Assembly: GCA_965248835.1 (NCBI GenBank)
Contig: CBDFLJ010000002.1
Coordinates: 768,001-832,000, forward strand
Source: Alphaproteobacteria bacterium
Lineage (GTDB): Bacteria; Pseudomonadota; Alphaproteobacteria; MPNO01
Length of the DNA stretch: 64,000 nucleotides
Direction of reading: 5' to 3'
The notes beneath the pieces are model-generated. The model did not search any database and was not told the origin of the DNA. It was given only the letters and a program-made list of their open reading frames with translations. This document shows, piece after piece, positions 63,833 to 64,000 of the stretch (its first letter is position 1; every line of letters starts with the position of its first letter). Position numbers and translations under genes: made by a program.

Positions 63833-64000
63833 ATGGCGGTTATCAAACAGATCGGCATCCTGGTTCTGCTCGCCGGCCTCGCGGCAGGCGGTTACCTCGG
63901 CTGGCAGCAATTCTTCGGCAATCGGGCCGACGCGCGGCAGGATGCCGGCGCAGCGCCCAAGAAGCGCTCGGTCATCGTCGAAACCGAAGCGGCGGAATTC
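63833..64000 (+). CDS. N-terminus of a probable RND periplasmic adaptor subunit (runs off the window)
   Basis: Single TM anchor LLAGLAAGGYLGW, then a linker and V.VET. Confidence 0.5.
   Translation, partial: MAVIKQIGILVLLAGLAAGGYLGWQQFFGNRADARQDAGAAPKKRSVIVETEAAEF

Overview
High-GC bacterial accessory region with no rRNA, tRNA or CRISPR array. It is a mosaic of about a dozen intact or decayed type II toxin-antitoxin loci, IS elements (IS630, IS3, two IS5, plus IS1380, IS5-like and IS1595 remnants), five tyrosine-recombinase stumps and a collapsed prophage. It also holds defence-like genes (Schlafen/AlbA, NDT/TIR-like, restriction-modification fragments), transport and catabolic genes (TAXI-TRAP, arylsulfotransferase, fumarylacetoacetase), a class II lysS flanked by repeats, and repeat-rich exported proteins including an IS-split ~2,740-aa FN3 autotransporter. 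The gene content suggests an alphaproteobacterial, possibly host-associated organism (inference only). The best candidate for a new system is a two-gene operon at 18635-20821. A 113-aa helical protein and an NB-ARC/TPR NLR-like protein share the motif DQxGQxVGxQxNxA at residues 5-18. This resembles amyloid-signalled NLR-effector pairs, but here the motif is at the N-terminus of the effector. All family calls come from motif recognition by eye; no database searches were run.
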